Origin: the human T2T-CHM13v2.0 reference genome, Homo sapiens
Strand: one strand, 5' to 3'
Assembly: GCF_009914755.1 (NCBI RefSeq)
Contig: NC_060937.1
DNA length: 64,000 nucleotides
Shown here: piece after piece, positions 49,419 through 64,000 of the stretch
Position numbering within the stretch: position 1 is the first letter of the stretch
Layout of the letters: every line of letters starts with the position of its first letter
Translations under genes and position numbers: made by a program
The notes under the pieces: model-generated
Databases searched by the model: none
The model's input: only the letters and a program-made list of their open reading frames with translations
What the model was told of the DNA's origin: nothing

Positions 49419-51140
49419 TATTTTGGGACCTAGATATGATAATCCAGATTACAAAAACAACAGCAAACTGCAATAAAGTGTAACACTCTGAATTACACTA
49501 CCTGCAATGTTGGGTTTTCCTGTAGGGTTTACGTAGAATCTTGACACCAGCTTGCCCATTACTCTGTCTAGGAAGCCTAATGCAACAACGACTCGAGACT
49601 GCCGAATATATATGTTTGTTTATATACCACCCAAATATTATTCAAAGGTTGTCTCAAATCAAATAGCTTCCCAAATGGGTTGACCCAATAATAGCAAAAC
49701 TATTTGGGCCCAGGTTTATGCTAAAGAGAAACTCCCACCATCACAGAGATTGAGCCCAAGTCAGGGCTGTGGCCCAGCTTCCCACAGACATCAGGGATCC
49801 ACCTGAGGAGGCAGAGCACAATTACACTCTAAGACACAGTAGGTCTGCTGCGCAACAGCCCTGCTGTCCACACCTTCCTTCTAAGTAATACAAAAGACAT
49901 GGTCCCCCTCACAAACTGCTGCTCCCTCAGCATCACCAGAAGCCCAGGCGTGTTTGGGGACTCCAAAAGCAGCTCACATAAATGTTTCAGTAATGCTGCT
50001 TTCATTAACATACCTAAAAAGCCTCCATGACTCCTCCTGGCCCTCCTCAATGTGCCCACACTAAAGCCACACATCCCCATCAGCACACACCTAACATGAA
50101 TGAAGCCTACATTTTGCTTATTTGTAAGGCCAAATTTCCACCCCAGTGGAAGCACCTGTGCTGAGAGCTGCATGTTCATGTCTGTTTGAAAACTCAGCAC
50201 CCACTGAGCAGAAAAGAAGCCTGCAGAGCAGCTTTCACCACTGCGCAGTCACTGGCACTCCACCAGATGTGGGCACATCTGTGTCAGAGGTGCCCACCAG
50301 GACTTTCAGCTTAAATGCAGTCTCAGGTCAAAGCAAGCCAGCCCAGGAAGAATGTGCTTCCCCAAGATCACTCCTGGGCTAAAGGAATTCTGGAAGGCTC
50401 CAAGTTGAGTCTGCCCTGGAACCACATTTAGATGACTTGAGGACATCCCACTAGGAATTCTTTGGGCTCCAGAGAGAAGGGAGAATGTCAGGTAGGAAAA
50501 AAGGGATCCCTGAACCACCTGAGGGTCCCCACTTGAATGACTAAGCAAACCTTACCATATGGACAGTGTTCCTTGTATTAAATATTAAATGTTTTATTCT
50601 AATGCTGCAGTTCGAATCATGTCTTTTTTGGAAACATGGATGATATTGTTGTCATACGTTAAGACAAGACTATCTTTATAAACCTCCAAAGACCAAAACA
50701 AAAGAAAACGACAAACAAACAAACAAAACAAAAAAACCTCACAGTTGCCTTTGGAAGTTATCGACATCATTTTAAGAAAAGTCTTGATCTTTTAAAACAC
50801 ACTGGCTATGCGCAATACACATTTGTGTTTGAGGATGAAAACACAAAGATAATCTTAATAACTTCGGGCAAACTAGCAAAGGCAGAAGGAATGAATGATT
50901 AAATGAACCATTTTTTAGGATGACTCAAACCAACAGAAAATTAGAATCTCCCACACAAGCCAATAATTTGCGATGGTACACCTTAAACTCCTCTTTGGAA
51001 TTTTAGTCCTCATTGTTTCAGCGTTTTCACTTTCAATTTCCTCCAAAAGGGAACTGAATATCAACTATTGTGGCTAGAATCTTGCACACAAGTACAAACG
51101 TTTTTTTATCTCTTCCAAGCTACTATTCAAGGATACTCTG

Positions 51141-51183
51141 CACATGTATCCCAGGACTTAAAGTAAAATAAAAAATTTTTAAA
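51141..51183 (+). mobile_element. 43-bp L1PA tail insertion
   Basis: cacatgtatcccaggacttaaagtaaaataaaaaa flanked by TSD aaggatactctg. Confidence 0.85.
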
Positions 51184-52043
51184 AAGGATACTCTGACCTG
51201 CTGTTAGTTTTCCACCACAATGTATGTATTAGCACATTTGGAGATGCCTTTTCTCTACTTCTCTTAAAACTACGAAGTTGCCAATATGGTCCAGTAGGAA
51301 GAGTACTAGAAGTCAGGGCGTGTATGTCTGTGTCCAAGTTAGATCATTACTGCGCGTGTGAATCTGAGCTGTATGATGCCCTGGTGTCTCCGTACCAAAT
51401 AACTGAATGGTGCATTGTGAAGATTAAATGAGAACATGTTTGGAAAACATAAAACAGATTATACATGTGAAGAATGCTACCAATTTCAAGCATATTCGAG
51501 AATTATTCTATAAACTCATGATATTCTAGAACAAAATGCAAGGTTTTTATTAGAAATTATTGGCTCTACTGTCACAGATACTTATATAACAAAGAGATGA
51601 GCAGTAAGGTCAGTCTAACAGATTACTTCAGCATTTCAACTCTCAAAGATCACTTTTCTCTGAACCAACATGTAGTCTCTGGTATTTCAATTTATTTTCA
51701 TTTTGATTACTGAGAAAACTAATTTAGCTAAATTCTGACAGCCTAGTTAAGATTGCAATGGATGACTTAGAACTGCTGTTGACTGAACAAAGTGTAAAAC
51801 AATCATTCTTCAGTGGTACCCTACCACCCCCAAAAAGAAAAGTTTCACATTTTAATCATTTAAAAAATCTATCACACATAATAAATAGCCAAACCTAGAA
51901 AACTCTTTTAAAGAAATATTTTGTTCGAAAATTGCTTGCTATTCCTAGCTTAATTTATAGCTACTTTGAAGACTAAAATGGTTATCCAATATATTGAGGT
52001 CTATCTTCATGAAGTCTCTGACAGAAATATATGATAGACTTTA

Positions 52044-52345
<302 letters not shown>

Positions 52346-55300
52346 GGGACCATTCAGAGAATCAGGACTGGAACTGAACATGTCCAGTTCATCCTGCCCA
52401 AGTCAGTGTTAGAGCACTTGCCAGGGGTGGGGGTAGGTGGAGTGAAGGGCACCAAGGAGGAAGGGTCTCAAAGGACCCTGTGTCAGTTATTTTTATTGGG
52501 AATACAAACCAAAGATCAATTTTTATCTTCATTTTTGTCACTGGAAAATCTGTGGGCCTACCTAATGTAAAGTATTTCAATCAACTGACAATTTCAGAAG
52601 TTAATTTATTTCCATTCACATTTCAATAACATAAATTAGGATCTTTTGATTTGGTCAAATCAATACCGATCAATGTAATTTTCAATGAACAATTATTTAC
52701 TAAGCCCCTACTGTATACTGTGGAAATAACAAGCAGGCATTAAGGCTCAAGGCTCTCCCTGCCTCCCATGGTCTTACACATATGTACGGAAGGCTGACAA
52801 CACAGAAACGTTAAGGTGCAGCACACGCAAAACAAGAAAGGAAAGGCCCTACGCTGGAATTGGGACGTGAAGCAAAGGACGACTTGGATTGCTAGATAAA
52901 ACGGGATGGGAATTCTTGAGGTAGGGCAGAGCATGAACCAATGTTGACAGACAAACTATGTGGTGGTGCAGAACATGTGTGCTAGAACCAGACTGGCCCA
53001 GTTCAAACCCAGTTACGGCCTGAGTGCTCTTGGATAAATGGCTTGCGATCTTTGGGCTTGGTTCCCTTGTCTGCAAGAAGGAAATACTAACAGTACTTAC
53101 TGACCACTGTGCAGAATGTCCGATAAATATGAGCTATTAGTGTTTGTGAGGAAACTTTTTTAAAAACACTAGTAAGGTATGTCTGGAGAAAAGAGAAGAG
53201 GTCAGTATGGCCATGTATGAGTTTAGACACAGAAAGGGAGGAGAGAGAGAGAGGAGGTACGGTGGGTGGGGCCTTAACACAGCAGCATGTTTTTTACCCT
53301 ACATGCAACTCACAGGACAGCCAGTGGAAGATCAGAGGACAACAGAGTAAAGTTATAATGCAGAACCTAGAGCAAAGCGCCAAACCTGTCTTCCCACCTG
53401 GATGATAGGAGGAGAGTTTGGGCTCTGCTGGGAAAGCAGAAAGATATTTCTGATTATCCACAAATGTAACTGTGAGTGGGTGTCTGTATTTTTGCATACA
53501 TCTACATTGCTCTTGATAAGTAAAAGCATCTCCAGGAGCTGCTGTCCTTGGCTGTGGTGCTTCTCCCACCTAACAGGAAGCTGCTGCAGCTAGTGCTGAG
53601 AGAAGGGCCTCCAGAAACAAGTTACCTTCAGGCCCTCCTCCCTGTCTCCCTCGCTGAAAATGACAGGGTTTTCGATTCAAGCTTTGGCTTCTGTCTCATG
53701 ACTTGAAGGATACTTGATTGTTTTCAAACTTACGGCATAATCTGATATTTTCATAGCCAAAGGAGGGCAGGATGCTGGGGCCAGGACCATTTGTTTTGAA
53801 AACAGATTTTAAAAGTCTCCCTCCATGAAGCTGACTGCTTTCATACATTTTATCCATCATTCACAAGATTTGGCATAAAAATTTGGTTCTTACATTTTGA
53901 AGGTTTATTTTTGTTCCTTGATGTCATTGTCTAGGCTCAACTATAACATCTTTCAGGTTGTTTTGAACAGCTAAAAGGAAATTAAAGGAAATAATGGCCT
54001 ACAATGTAACCATGGATTGTTCCACACAAACATGGATAAAGCTGCAACAAAATACTCATGCATTAGTCAGTACCCTGGTGGATGCACAGGAGATTCAGGG
54101 CCAAGGCTGTGGGGTACTGCAGGGGCATGAGGATAAGCTGCAGTGGCATCAGACTCCCCCCACCCACCCACCCCTCCTCCTCAATGTGAAAGGCATGATT
54201 ACCCCCCGCCCACATGCATACTAGAAGACAAGTGGTCCAATTCTTGAAAACTTTTAAAAGGTTGATGAGCACTCCCCACAACAGAATTCGATTATAAACA
54301 TTTTATGTGATGTTAACCTTACCCTCAACAGATCCCATCCTCCTTTCTTCTTCCACCAGCCAGATGCCCTGACCTCTAACTGCTTCCTTTCCTTCCTGTT
54401 ACAAACCAAGTGTGTGCCATGCAACTTAAGACAGGGTCTAAAACTCACAGTTACTAGCAAACAAAGAAACCTTAGCAGACAGTTCAAATATTTTGTAGAA
54501 TGGGTCACAGAGTCTAATACTCTGTCCACTTTAGAAGAACATAAAACCACTTTATGGAGGATAGCTAACAGATACCTGCAGACAGGAACACCACACCTTA
54601 GGTTATTAACTTTTCCTATTTCATAGCACTTCTTCCAGCCACTCCTCCTACTAGGATCATTTTATTCTCCTCACCAGCCCAAACTAAGTAAACTAATCAC
54701 CTCCATTAATCTAAAGTTTTTGTCGTCGGGATTTAAAAATATTATACATGAACTTTTTGATCTATACTCAATGCCTAGAACAGAACAGAGCCAAGCAGAA
54801 CATAACAGAATGAAACAGAATGAACAAGAGGAGAAAAGATAGATCAAGGGTGATATCCATGACCAGTTCTTAGGAGGTTAGACTTGCTTCCTTAGTTTCA
54901 GATATCAATGCAAAATAATTTATCCTTTCTGCTTGGCTGGAACAAACTTACTTCAAAATAAAAGAGTTTTATCAAGTTCTATTTCTGCTAAAAGACAGAA
55001 GAGCTGATTAAGAACATGGATGCAGAATGTGCCCACTGACTGGCACCTTTACCACCAACTTCTCTTCCACCCTTCCCTCAATTGCCATCTAGTAAAAGCA
55101 AAATTGCACGCAAAGTTGAACATTAAGTACTAAAGAAAGGGCAGTGGAGCGGGGGTTGATGCAGATGGCCTCACTCAGGGAATGTGCCTTGTCAAACTTC
55201 AGGCCAAGATGCAGCAGCATGCTGGCTGTACTGGGTCCAAATTTCTTAAGTCCATCCCTAAGCCAATAAACTCTGCAGCTGTCACTCAGGCTACAGTTCA

Positions 55301-57394
55301 TGGAGCTTTACCTAACAAAGCTGACAACTGGTCCTAGAATGCTGATCCTGTAGATTGAGAACTTTTGTGCATTCTGGTTAAATTCCTACTCGGTATGAAA
55401 TCCTGGAGGCATGGTGCTTATAGTGACATTATGACAAAGATTCCCTGCAGCCAGCCTCCCATCCCACTCCACCTTCGGGACAGTCTTTATTCCCAAAGCA
55501 TCCCCAGCCACTGACTGTGTATCAGCATCCTCTGGACTCTTCCCTGCAAGTTCCCTGAAGATCAGATTTTCCTCTAACCATTGAGGTCTCCTGTAGCACC
55601 TCCAAAGTAGCTTCAGGACAAAGCAGCACACTATGGCCTACTAAAGCATTCTTCGGCATGTGCTCTACAAAATAATGGTTCCTTTTAGGGTGATTTGAAT
55701 TCACTGAAAAAATACCTTTGGGACACTCTGGCCACACAGAATTAAACAGGATTCCTAACTGTACAGTTTTTTAGAGCCTTGAGTACACAAAACAACACAA
55801 AACAAACAAGAGCAAAACTGTTCCCTTAGACTTTGTTTTGTTTTGTTGGTGGGATCACATGCATGCACATGCACACCCCTCCACGCACATACACATTTCT
55901 TTGCCCGCGCTTCTTGACAGACTATACCATGAAACTGATGTTCAGCAGCACACATTTTGGAAAATGCTGATCTAATGGCAAGACGGTGGTAATGAGGAAG
56001 AAAATCTAAGTCTGGCTCTATCTTTCTGACTGGACACATTTTTACATCCTTTATGTCTAAGCTTTCTTGTCTATAAAGTAGGAAAACAATGTCTGTCCTA
56101 AATGCCCCACAGAATTGTAATGGGTATAAGTGCTTCAAAAAGCATAAAGGGCTACGTATTGGTGAGATTTTATGATTATGCCAAGGTAGAAGGAGGGGCT
56201 CTCACTGAAAGCCCCAGTGCTGCCCAAACTTCCTACCAAATAACACACCTGCCCTAGGTAGCTCAGAAAGCCCAGGTGTTCTGTGGGACTTGCTGCTAGA
56301 AGTAATTGAACCATGCCTTACTCTTTGATGGATGAAGGAGGAGACCAGACAATCCACGCCAGGTCGGATTACTCCGTGCGAAGCAAGACCCACAGTAGAC
56401 CTCTTTCTCCTACATCCCATTCCCCAACAGTCAACATCATCTTCAGAAATACACAGGCAGAGTTATGACAGGAGAAGAATGGGCCAAATCTTTTCCATCT
56501 CCTTAAATGCTTCTGTAAAAAGACAAGCAAGGTATAGGAAGGAACAAGCAAAGAAGGGGGAAAGAAGACAGGAGAAGAGTGATTCTGAAGTTGACTGCTG
56601 AGAAGGCAGCAGAATGAAAAAAAAAGGGGGCGGGGGCGGTACAATCCTAAGACTTCTCCCAGGCCAGGAAAACACTCTAGCCTTGGCTGTGACACTCCTC
56701 CTCATGCTGTTAGGAGCCATGATGTGAGCACATAGGCAGTTTCTAGGGTCACCACAATAGAGCTTGGAAGATGAGGAACCTGTACACAAGGTTTCCCCAT
56801 TAGTGTAATATGTGGTGGGATCAGTGTAGAACCTAACTAGGCAAAAACACCATCTGGGATTGGAAAGTTTATTTACAACACCTGACAGTGAACATCAATC
56901 ATGACACCCCTGAAACCTATTGCACACTATTTGCAACTAAAATACAGGGTGCTCTTTATTACCAATTATACGAGCTCTGTATGGTCAATTACTTCTTTTA
57001 CAAGACAATTTTGATGAATACAATAATGTTGCTTCCAGGTGGTGAATATAATGGGGCTTTTTACTTTGTAGATTACCTTTGCATGTTGTCTTTTTTGCTG
57101 CTGCTGTTAAAGAAAGAGCATTTTACCTTTCATAATGTTGCTACATTGGGGTAACAAACAAAAACCCAGGCATTTTCCTTTCTCATATATTCATTCAAAA
57201 ACAAAGCAGTTCCTATCAAGTGGAATATATCCAAGTGAAATATATATAATGTTTATACAACACACACACACCTGCATAACCAAATAATAAGTTGTAGTTT
57301 GCAAACTATATGCTAACATTTTTGTTTTTCCAGGAAACAATATATCTTTCCTTAAGCAGGAGACGGGGAAAGAGAACAACAATTTTACACAAAA

Positions 57395-57600
57395 CTAGTG
57401 GCTGAGGAGCGTGGGCTTGCTGTCACACAAACCTGGAATCTACATCCAGTACTGGCACTTAGCAAATGTGAGACCTTGGCTGAGTCACTTTACCTCTCCA
57501 GGCTTCAATCTCCTCATCTACAAAATGGGGATAAACAACTTCCATTCCAAAGCATTTTTGTAAGGACTAAAATGAGATAATCCTACAAAGCACTTATAAA
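57395..57600 (+). mobile_element. MIR
   Basis: tgtgagaccttggctgagtcactttacctctcc...ctcatctacaaaatggggataa...aaatgagataat. Confidence 0.75.
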
Positions 57601-59078
57601 TATTAGATATTATGGGCACAAAATCTCAAGCAAATGTCTAGCCCCTGGCTCCAAGCAAGGCACACCTCATCTGACCTCATGTCACCTCCCTGCACACATT
57701 CAAAGAAAACCCAGTGCTGGCATGTTCCTTAAGCAAAACACATAGAGGACACTTGTCCTCAATGTTTACGCAATCACTATTAGCAGTAGCAACAAAAGAT
57801 GCTGTCATTTGAAGGTGAAAGTCATCCAGGACACAATCAAGCAAAATAAGTTCAAGTCCCTAACATCTCATGGCCAGAAGCTCAAAGACCCTGAAGAACA
57901 AGGTGAGGCTCCAGGAAAGTATCTACAGCACTGCTTAGCCTTCGCCTACACACTTAAATACCCGGCGCTTCCGCTAGCTAGATGTGGGCCTTCTTGGGTT
58001 ATGGTCAGGGCAACAACATTGGAAAGCCTGCCAAGAGACGGAGTTGAGATAAGTAAGAAAAACTACAAAAGGAAATGAAATGCTTGGGCACTTTTCTTGG
58101 AGACAGAAAGAGCTTTAGACTTTTCTGGGACACAACAGGTGTCCAGAGAGCATCACTGAAAATCTGGCCAGGTTTTGTGATCCCTTAACCCCCTTTTTTG
58201 GAAAAACCTGAAGTGACACTGCTTGAAGGCAAAAAAGGGGAGCGAGCACAAACAGGGCCACAACAGCCTTCACACTTGTTGCTGGAACACATGCCTTCAC
58301 CTTTGAAAGATACTCATGAGAACTTGCAGAGGGCTGTCTTCATACAATAGTACAAATTGTGTTTAAATTGAGAAACCAGCTGCTCGCTCCTTGATCAGTC
58401 ATCCTTTTATCATCAACAGAACTTTAATTAGCCCCCATCTGCTTCCTGTTTTATGCTACAAATCTTAACTTTCACCTGTTTGAACCAAACTGCAGTAACT
58501 ACACCCATAGTAAATTAAAACAATTAACTTTCCATACAACATGCAATTAATCCTCATTAAGCTGTTATTAGGCTATTCAAAATAACACAGAATTCAAATC
58601 AACTAGTTTCCCACAAATGACAATGTTCTATACAAAAATTCAACAGAAACTCTATCCCACCCACTTCTTGCATTTTTTTCCATTAAGAAGGTTTTCAAGC
58701 TGTCTGGCTTCAATTTCCTGATTTAACTATTAAGTATGGGGCCATATCTGGTCATGTAAGAACAATACATCTCAAAAATATCATGCTGACTTTTATTAAA
58801 GAAAATCAAGTTACAGAATGGTGTTTACCTTAAATGATAACATTTATGTAAAGCTTTTTTTAAAAAGGGGATCCTACAAAGAATTTGTGGACCCCATCTA
58901 TCAGCACAGCCAGGGTACGGGCTTCTGGCAGGAAAGGTGCCCTTCAACACACAAACTCTGGAATTAGTGGCTACCTCTGGGACAAGGAGGGGAAGAATTA
59001 TATTTATAGCTAAAACAGAGAGGTAGAATATGGGTACTAATTATATTGGTCTCTATGCCTTTCTTCATGTATGAAATA

Positions 59079-61160
59079 CAGGCCTACCTTAGAGATACCT
59101 CAAGTTCACTTCCAGAATACCACAATAAAGCAAATATCACAATAAAGTAAAAACAAATTTTTGTTTCCCTGTGCATAAAAGGTATGCATTATATTGTAGC
59201 CTATTAAGTGTGCAATAGCCATATTTTAAAAAAATAATGTACACATCTTAATTAAAAACTTTTATTGTTAAAATATGCTAATAATCATCTGAGCCTTCAA
59301 CGAGTTGTGATCGGTTGCTGGAGGGCCTTTGCCTCAATGTTAATTACTGCAGTCTGATCAGGGTGGTGGTAGCTAAAAGCTGGGATCGCTTTGGTAATTT
59401 CTTAAAACAACACAATTAAATTTGCCTGATTGATTGACTCTTTCTTTCACGAAAAATTTCTCTGTAGCATGTGATGCTGTTTGATAGCATTTTACTCACA
59501 GCAGAACTTCTTTCAAAATTAGAGTCAATCCTCTCAAACCCTGCCACCGCTTTATGTAATATTCTAAAGCCTTTACTGTCATTTCAACCATGTTCATTCA
59601 CAGCATCTTCACCAGAAGTAGATTCCATCTCAAGAAACCACTCTCTTTGCTCATCCGTAAGAAGCAAGTCCTCATGAGTTCAAGTTTTATCATGAGATTG
59701 CTGCAATTCAATCACATCTTCAGGCTCCACTTCTAATTCTAGTTCTTTTGATGTTTTCACCACATCTGCATCTACTTCCTCTTCTGAAATCTTGAACCCC
59801 TCCCAGGTCATCCATGAAGACTGGAATCAGCTTCTTCCAAATTTCTATTAATATTGCTATTATGACCTCCTCCCATGAACCACAAATTTCTTAATGGCAT
59901 CTACAATGCTAAATCCTTTCTTGAAGATTTTTAATTTTACTTTGCCCAGATCCATCAGAGGAATCACTATGGCAACTTGGGCCTTAATAAAATATATTTC
60001 TTAAATAATAAGACTTGAAAGTCAAAATTATTTCTTGACCCATGGGCTGCAGAACAGATGTTGTGTTAGCAGACAAGAAAACACCACTAATCTGCTTGTA
60101 CATCTCCATCAAAGCTCTTGTGTGAGGAGGTACATTATCATTGAGCAGTTTAATATTTTGAATCTTTCATCCTGAGCAGTAGGTCTCAACTGTGGGCTTA
60201 AAATATTCAGTAAGCCATGCTGTAAACAGATGTGCTGTCGCTCAGGCTTTGTTGTTCCATTTACAGAGCACAGATAGAGTTGATTTAGCATACTTCTTAA
60301 GGGCACTAGAATTTTCTGAATGGTCCATGAGCATTGGCTTCAACTTCAAGCCACCAGCTGCATTACCCCCCTAATAAGAGAATCACAACCTGTTCTTTGA
60401 AGCTTGGCATTAACTTCTCCTCTCTAGCTATGAAAGTCCTAGATGGCATCTTCTTCCAATAGAATGCCACTTCATCTACATTGAAAATCTGTTGTTTAGT
60501 GTGGCCACCTTCATCAATGGTCTTATCTACATCTTCTGGATAACTTGCTGCTCCTTCACTTTGTACTTTCATGTTATGGAGATGGCTTCTTTCCTTACAC
60601 CTCATGAACCAACAACCTCTGCTAGTTTCAAACTTTTCTTCTGCAGCTTCCTCACCTCCCTCAACCTTCACAGAATTTAAGAGTTACGGCCTTGCTCTGA
60701 ACATGGCTTTGGCTTAAAGGAATGTTGTGACTGTTTTGATCTTCTATACAAACCACTAAAACTTTCTCCAGATCAGCAATAAGGCTGTTTTGCTTTCTTA
60801 TAATTTGTGTTCACTGGAATGGCATTTTTAATTTCCTTCAAGAACTTTCCCTTTGCATTCACAACTTGGCTGACTGGCATAAGAGGCCTAGCTTTTGGAC
60901 AATCTGGGCTTTATACATGCCTTCCTCACTAAGCTGAATCATTTCTAGCCTTTGATTTACAGTGAGTGAGATCAGATGGTGTGACTCTTCCTTTTATTTG
61001 AACATGTAGAAGCCATTGTGGGGGTTTTAATGGCCTAATCTCAATATTGTTTTGTCTCAGGGATAGGGAACCCTGAAGAGGGGGAGACAGATGGGGAATG
61101 GCAGGTTGGTGGAGCAGTGAGAACAAACATTTATCAGTTAAGTTTGCAGTCTTATATGGG
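59079..61160 (-). mobile_element. Tigger1 DNA transposon, decayed transposase, 5' end missing
   Basis: TA|caggcctacctt...accacaataaagcaaatatcacaataaag terminus; ORF 60671-60363 [22 protein letters not shown]...[27 protein letters not shown] is pogo/Tigger1 transposase-like. Confidence 0.93.
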
Positions 61161-61346
61161 TATTAGAATTTTTTTTAATAAAAAGCTCCTCAAGTGAGTC
61201 TAATTCCACTCTCTAAAACTCATCCCTTGAGAAAGGCTGAATAACAATCCACATATACCTCCAAGGCAGAGAGACCTTGCTCACCCATCTCAAAACTGCC
61301 CCCACTCACCTACCTAGTCAGTACCTGAAATGTAAATATTATTTGG

Positions 61347-61643
61347 GGCTGGGCATGGTGGCTCACACCTGTAATCCTAGCACTTTGGGAGGTCAAGGTA
61401 GGCATATGGCTTGAGCCCAGGAGTTCAAGACCAGCCTGGGCAACATGGAGAAATTCTATCTCCACAAAAAATGCAAAAAAAAAAAAAAAGCCAGATGCAG
61501 TGGCACGTGTCTATAGTCCTAGCTATTCAGGAGGCTGAGGTAGGAGGATCACCTGAGCCCGGGTAGGTTGAGGCTGCAGTGAGCTGTGATTGTGCCACTG
61601 CACTCCAGCCAGGGGGGCAAAGTGAGACCCCATCTCAAACAAA
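61347..61643 (+). mobile_element. AluJ
   Basis: Diverged dimeric Alu. Confidence 0.92.
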
Positions 61644-62321
61644 CATTATATATATATTTGGATATTATTTGGATGAATCTACAGAGACAATAAGATTTCT
61701 TGTCCTGCTATTAATCAGCCCAATAACCAAGCACATAAATTCCCCTTTCCTGAAGGCAACCGAATAAGCGAGTAGTTATCCCTCCAGTCTAATGGTCCGA
61801 CTCTTCTAGGAAGCTTCGGATGTTATGATTCACTAGGTATGAAGCGCAGCTTGGCAATCTATTAAAGCAGTCATGGTACTGGAGCCAGGTTTGGGAACAC
61901 CTGAACTACTTTCATGTGTAAGATTCTTTTCAGTTCTACTATTCTAAGAAAATAAGGTAACTATGTTATTCCAGGTAGATTCTGATTTAACAAGAGGAAG
62001 ATGAAGTCCCAGAATATTCTTAACAAGTATCTTATATGACAGGCAAGTATGAGAAACACTATGTTAGTGGTACTTTTGGTCATTAACACCAAATAATAAA
62101 AGGCAATTCATTAGATATTTATGAAAGGATGTCTAAAAAACACAACTGTAATCTTACGGATAAAAAGCCAGTTGGTTCTGGGATCAAATTTTAAGTCATC
62201 ATTGTTTTTCAGAAAGAAAAACAGAAGCAAGAGTTAAGAGAATAAGGAATGTCAACCTCACCTTGCAATTTCCTGGAATTTTCCTCCCCCGCTTTCCCCT
62301 TTAGTATGTAAGTATTTCCTC

Positions 62322-62361
<40 letters not shown>
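62322..62361. repeat. (GC)5(AC)n compound microsatellite
   Basis: tgcgcgcgcgcacacac... 40 nt of alternating purine-pyrimidine. Confidence 0.97.
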
Positions 62362-62362
<1 letters not shown>

Positions 62363-63530
62363 CCAACTTCACAATGGAGTTTTGAAAAGATTACTGCTCC
62401 ATATGCCAACAGGCAAGTCAGGGACTCAGTGGAAAGGACACTATTCCAGAGCACAGCCTTCTCCCAGCCAGATCACACCAGCTTCAGCTGTTCCAGCTCT
62501 GCAGAGAAAGGGTAATCACTTCTTATCAAACATTGATAACACCTAAAATTCCTTTACAGTTCTGACTTCAGGGTGGAAGTGCAATTCGTATTTGCCCTGA
62601 AGACATGAAAAGTGGAATGCGCTTTCATGAGATGAAAGCTTCTGCGGAAATAATTGATTCAGGTGAGCCCTACTCAGGTTAATCTCAAAAGAAAGAAGCA
62701 AGAAACCTCATCCAGGAAAGTGGACCCAGCAGCTGCCCATTTTCAAGGGTTGTATACAAAAGCTAAACGACAAGATGTCCAGATGGATGAAAAACCCTAT
62801 CCTAGCTAGTCTGTGCCAGCAAGACTTAAAAAACAAACGGTGTCTTTTGGGTCTGTTTGATTTAGTACGTAAGTTTAACTAGTTCCATGTTTGAGACCAA
62901 TCCAGAGAGGGGCTACTTAAAAACTGGCTCAGCCCAAATCATTGTGTGTTCAAGTGACTGACCTGTGAACTCCCTCCTCATTTCCCATATATGGCCAATT
63001 CTCCATATATGGATTCATCTACCTGTTTCCCCTAACTTCAAGGCTGCTGCCATGACACAAAGGTCTTGAAAGAATGTGGGAAAGCCCTCAGGCTAAAACT
63101 CTGGATCACAATCCATAAAATAGTGAAACCAATTGAGAGGATTGTGGCTAGCATTTCTGTAAATAATAACAAAACAGTCTTACATAAATGGCTAAGCACA
63201 GTACTATTTTGTAAAACTCTTCTATCATTGTGTGCATATGTGCACTGAGTCATACTGTAAAATGGATTTCTCACTATGCATCAAGATGGGAAGAAACTGA
63301 GAAAGCCACAGAAACAGAAGGAAACATACTACTTCCTACAGGATATGCTTTCTCTCTCTAAGAAGGGCTTAATAACAAAAGCCCAATAAAATGGTGGCAC
63401 AGTCCCATCCCCGGGTTTCCAGGGAGACCCCAATCCCATCAAGAACACCTACTCCTCACAGGCAACAGAGGCACCCCCTTGTGAAGCTGTTCAGCAGCCT
63501 GCACAGAAGATATGACTCTTGCAGTCTGGA

Positions 63531-63596
63531 ATAAAAGGCACCAAATGGGAAATAGTGTGTAGGGATAAAAGGTACCAAATGGGAAATAGTGTGTAG
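63531..63596. repeat. 34-bp-period tandem duplication
   Basis: ataaaagg(c/t)accaaatgggaaatagtgtgtag x2, one mismatch. Confidence 0.93.
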
Positions 63597-64000
63597 TATC
63601 AGTTTTGACAATTTTTGTAACCAAGTAACTTTTGAGCAAGTTACTCATTTCTCATTTGCTTATCAACAGAATGATCATGGAATGCTAAACCTCTACAGGG
63701 TGCAATCTTAAGGAAATGTTACTACTTAAACCTTTTACCTGCACAAGACTGCCCCTCTGTCTTTCCTCTCTGATGGGTACGGAAGTTACTGACATGCAAA
63801 GTCAGCACAAGGGAACCGTGGCTCAGGCAAACGAGGAAAAATGAATTTAGATTATGTTTACAGCCAAGGAAAGGAGACACGTTGAACAATCCTCTACTGG
63901 AAACATTGCTAAAGTGTTTTTAAACTGAAGATTATACCACCACTTAAGATATTTTTTGTCTGCTATTTTACCCAGCATATTACAAAACTGCATCTAGGAC

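Noticed and set aside
60363-60671. Transposase-like ORF as a domesticated TIGD gene
   Set aside because: Short fragment of a frameshifted, stop-ridden Tigger1 copy.

Overview
Human (primate) genomic DNA containing the 3' half of FOXO1 on the minus strand (chr13q14, recognised from the protein). It holds part of the long intron 1 (37867-64000), the 1352-nt coding exon 2 (37866-36515, codons N211-G655 plus stop), a 474-nt intron 2 and a ~3.4-kb UTR-only exon 3 ending near 32670. The first ~32 kb is downstream flank dominated by old L1 remnants with nested Alus, DNA transposons (Tigger3, MER63, MER81), LTRs and one CpG-rich unique island (~12.3-13.0 kb) that may be a lncRNA promoter/first exon. 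All other listed ORFs are repeat-derived or chance. The most unusual signal is in intron 1: a 65-bp tandem duplication whose unit carries a perfect 30-bp palindrome made of two inverted FOXO cores (TGTTTAC...GTAAACA), a possible autoregulatory array. A similar 24-bp duplication carries an NF-kB-like palindrome. No new protein-coding system is evident. Repeat subfamily names are by eye and boundaries are approximate.
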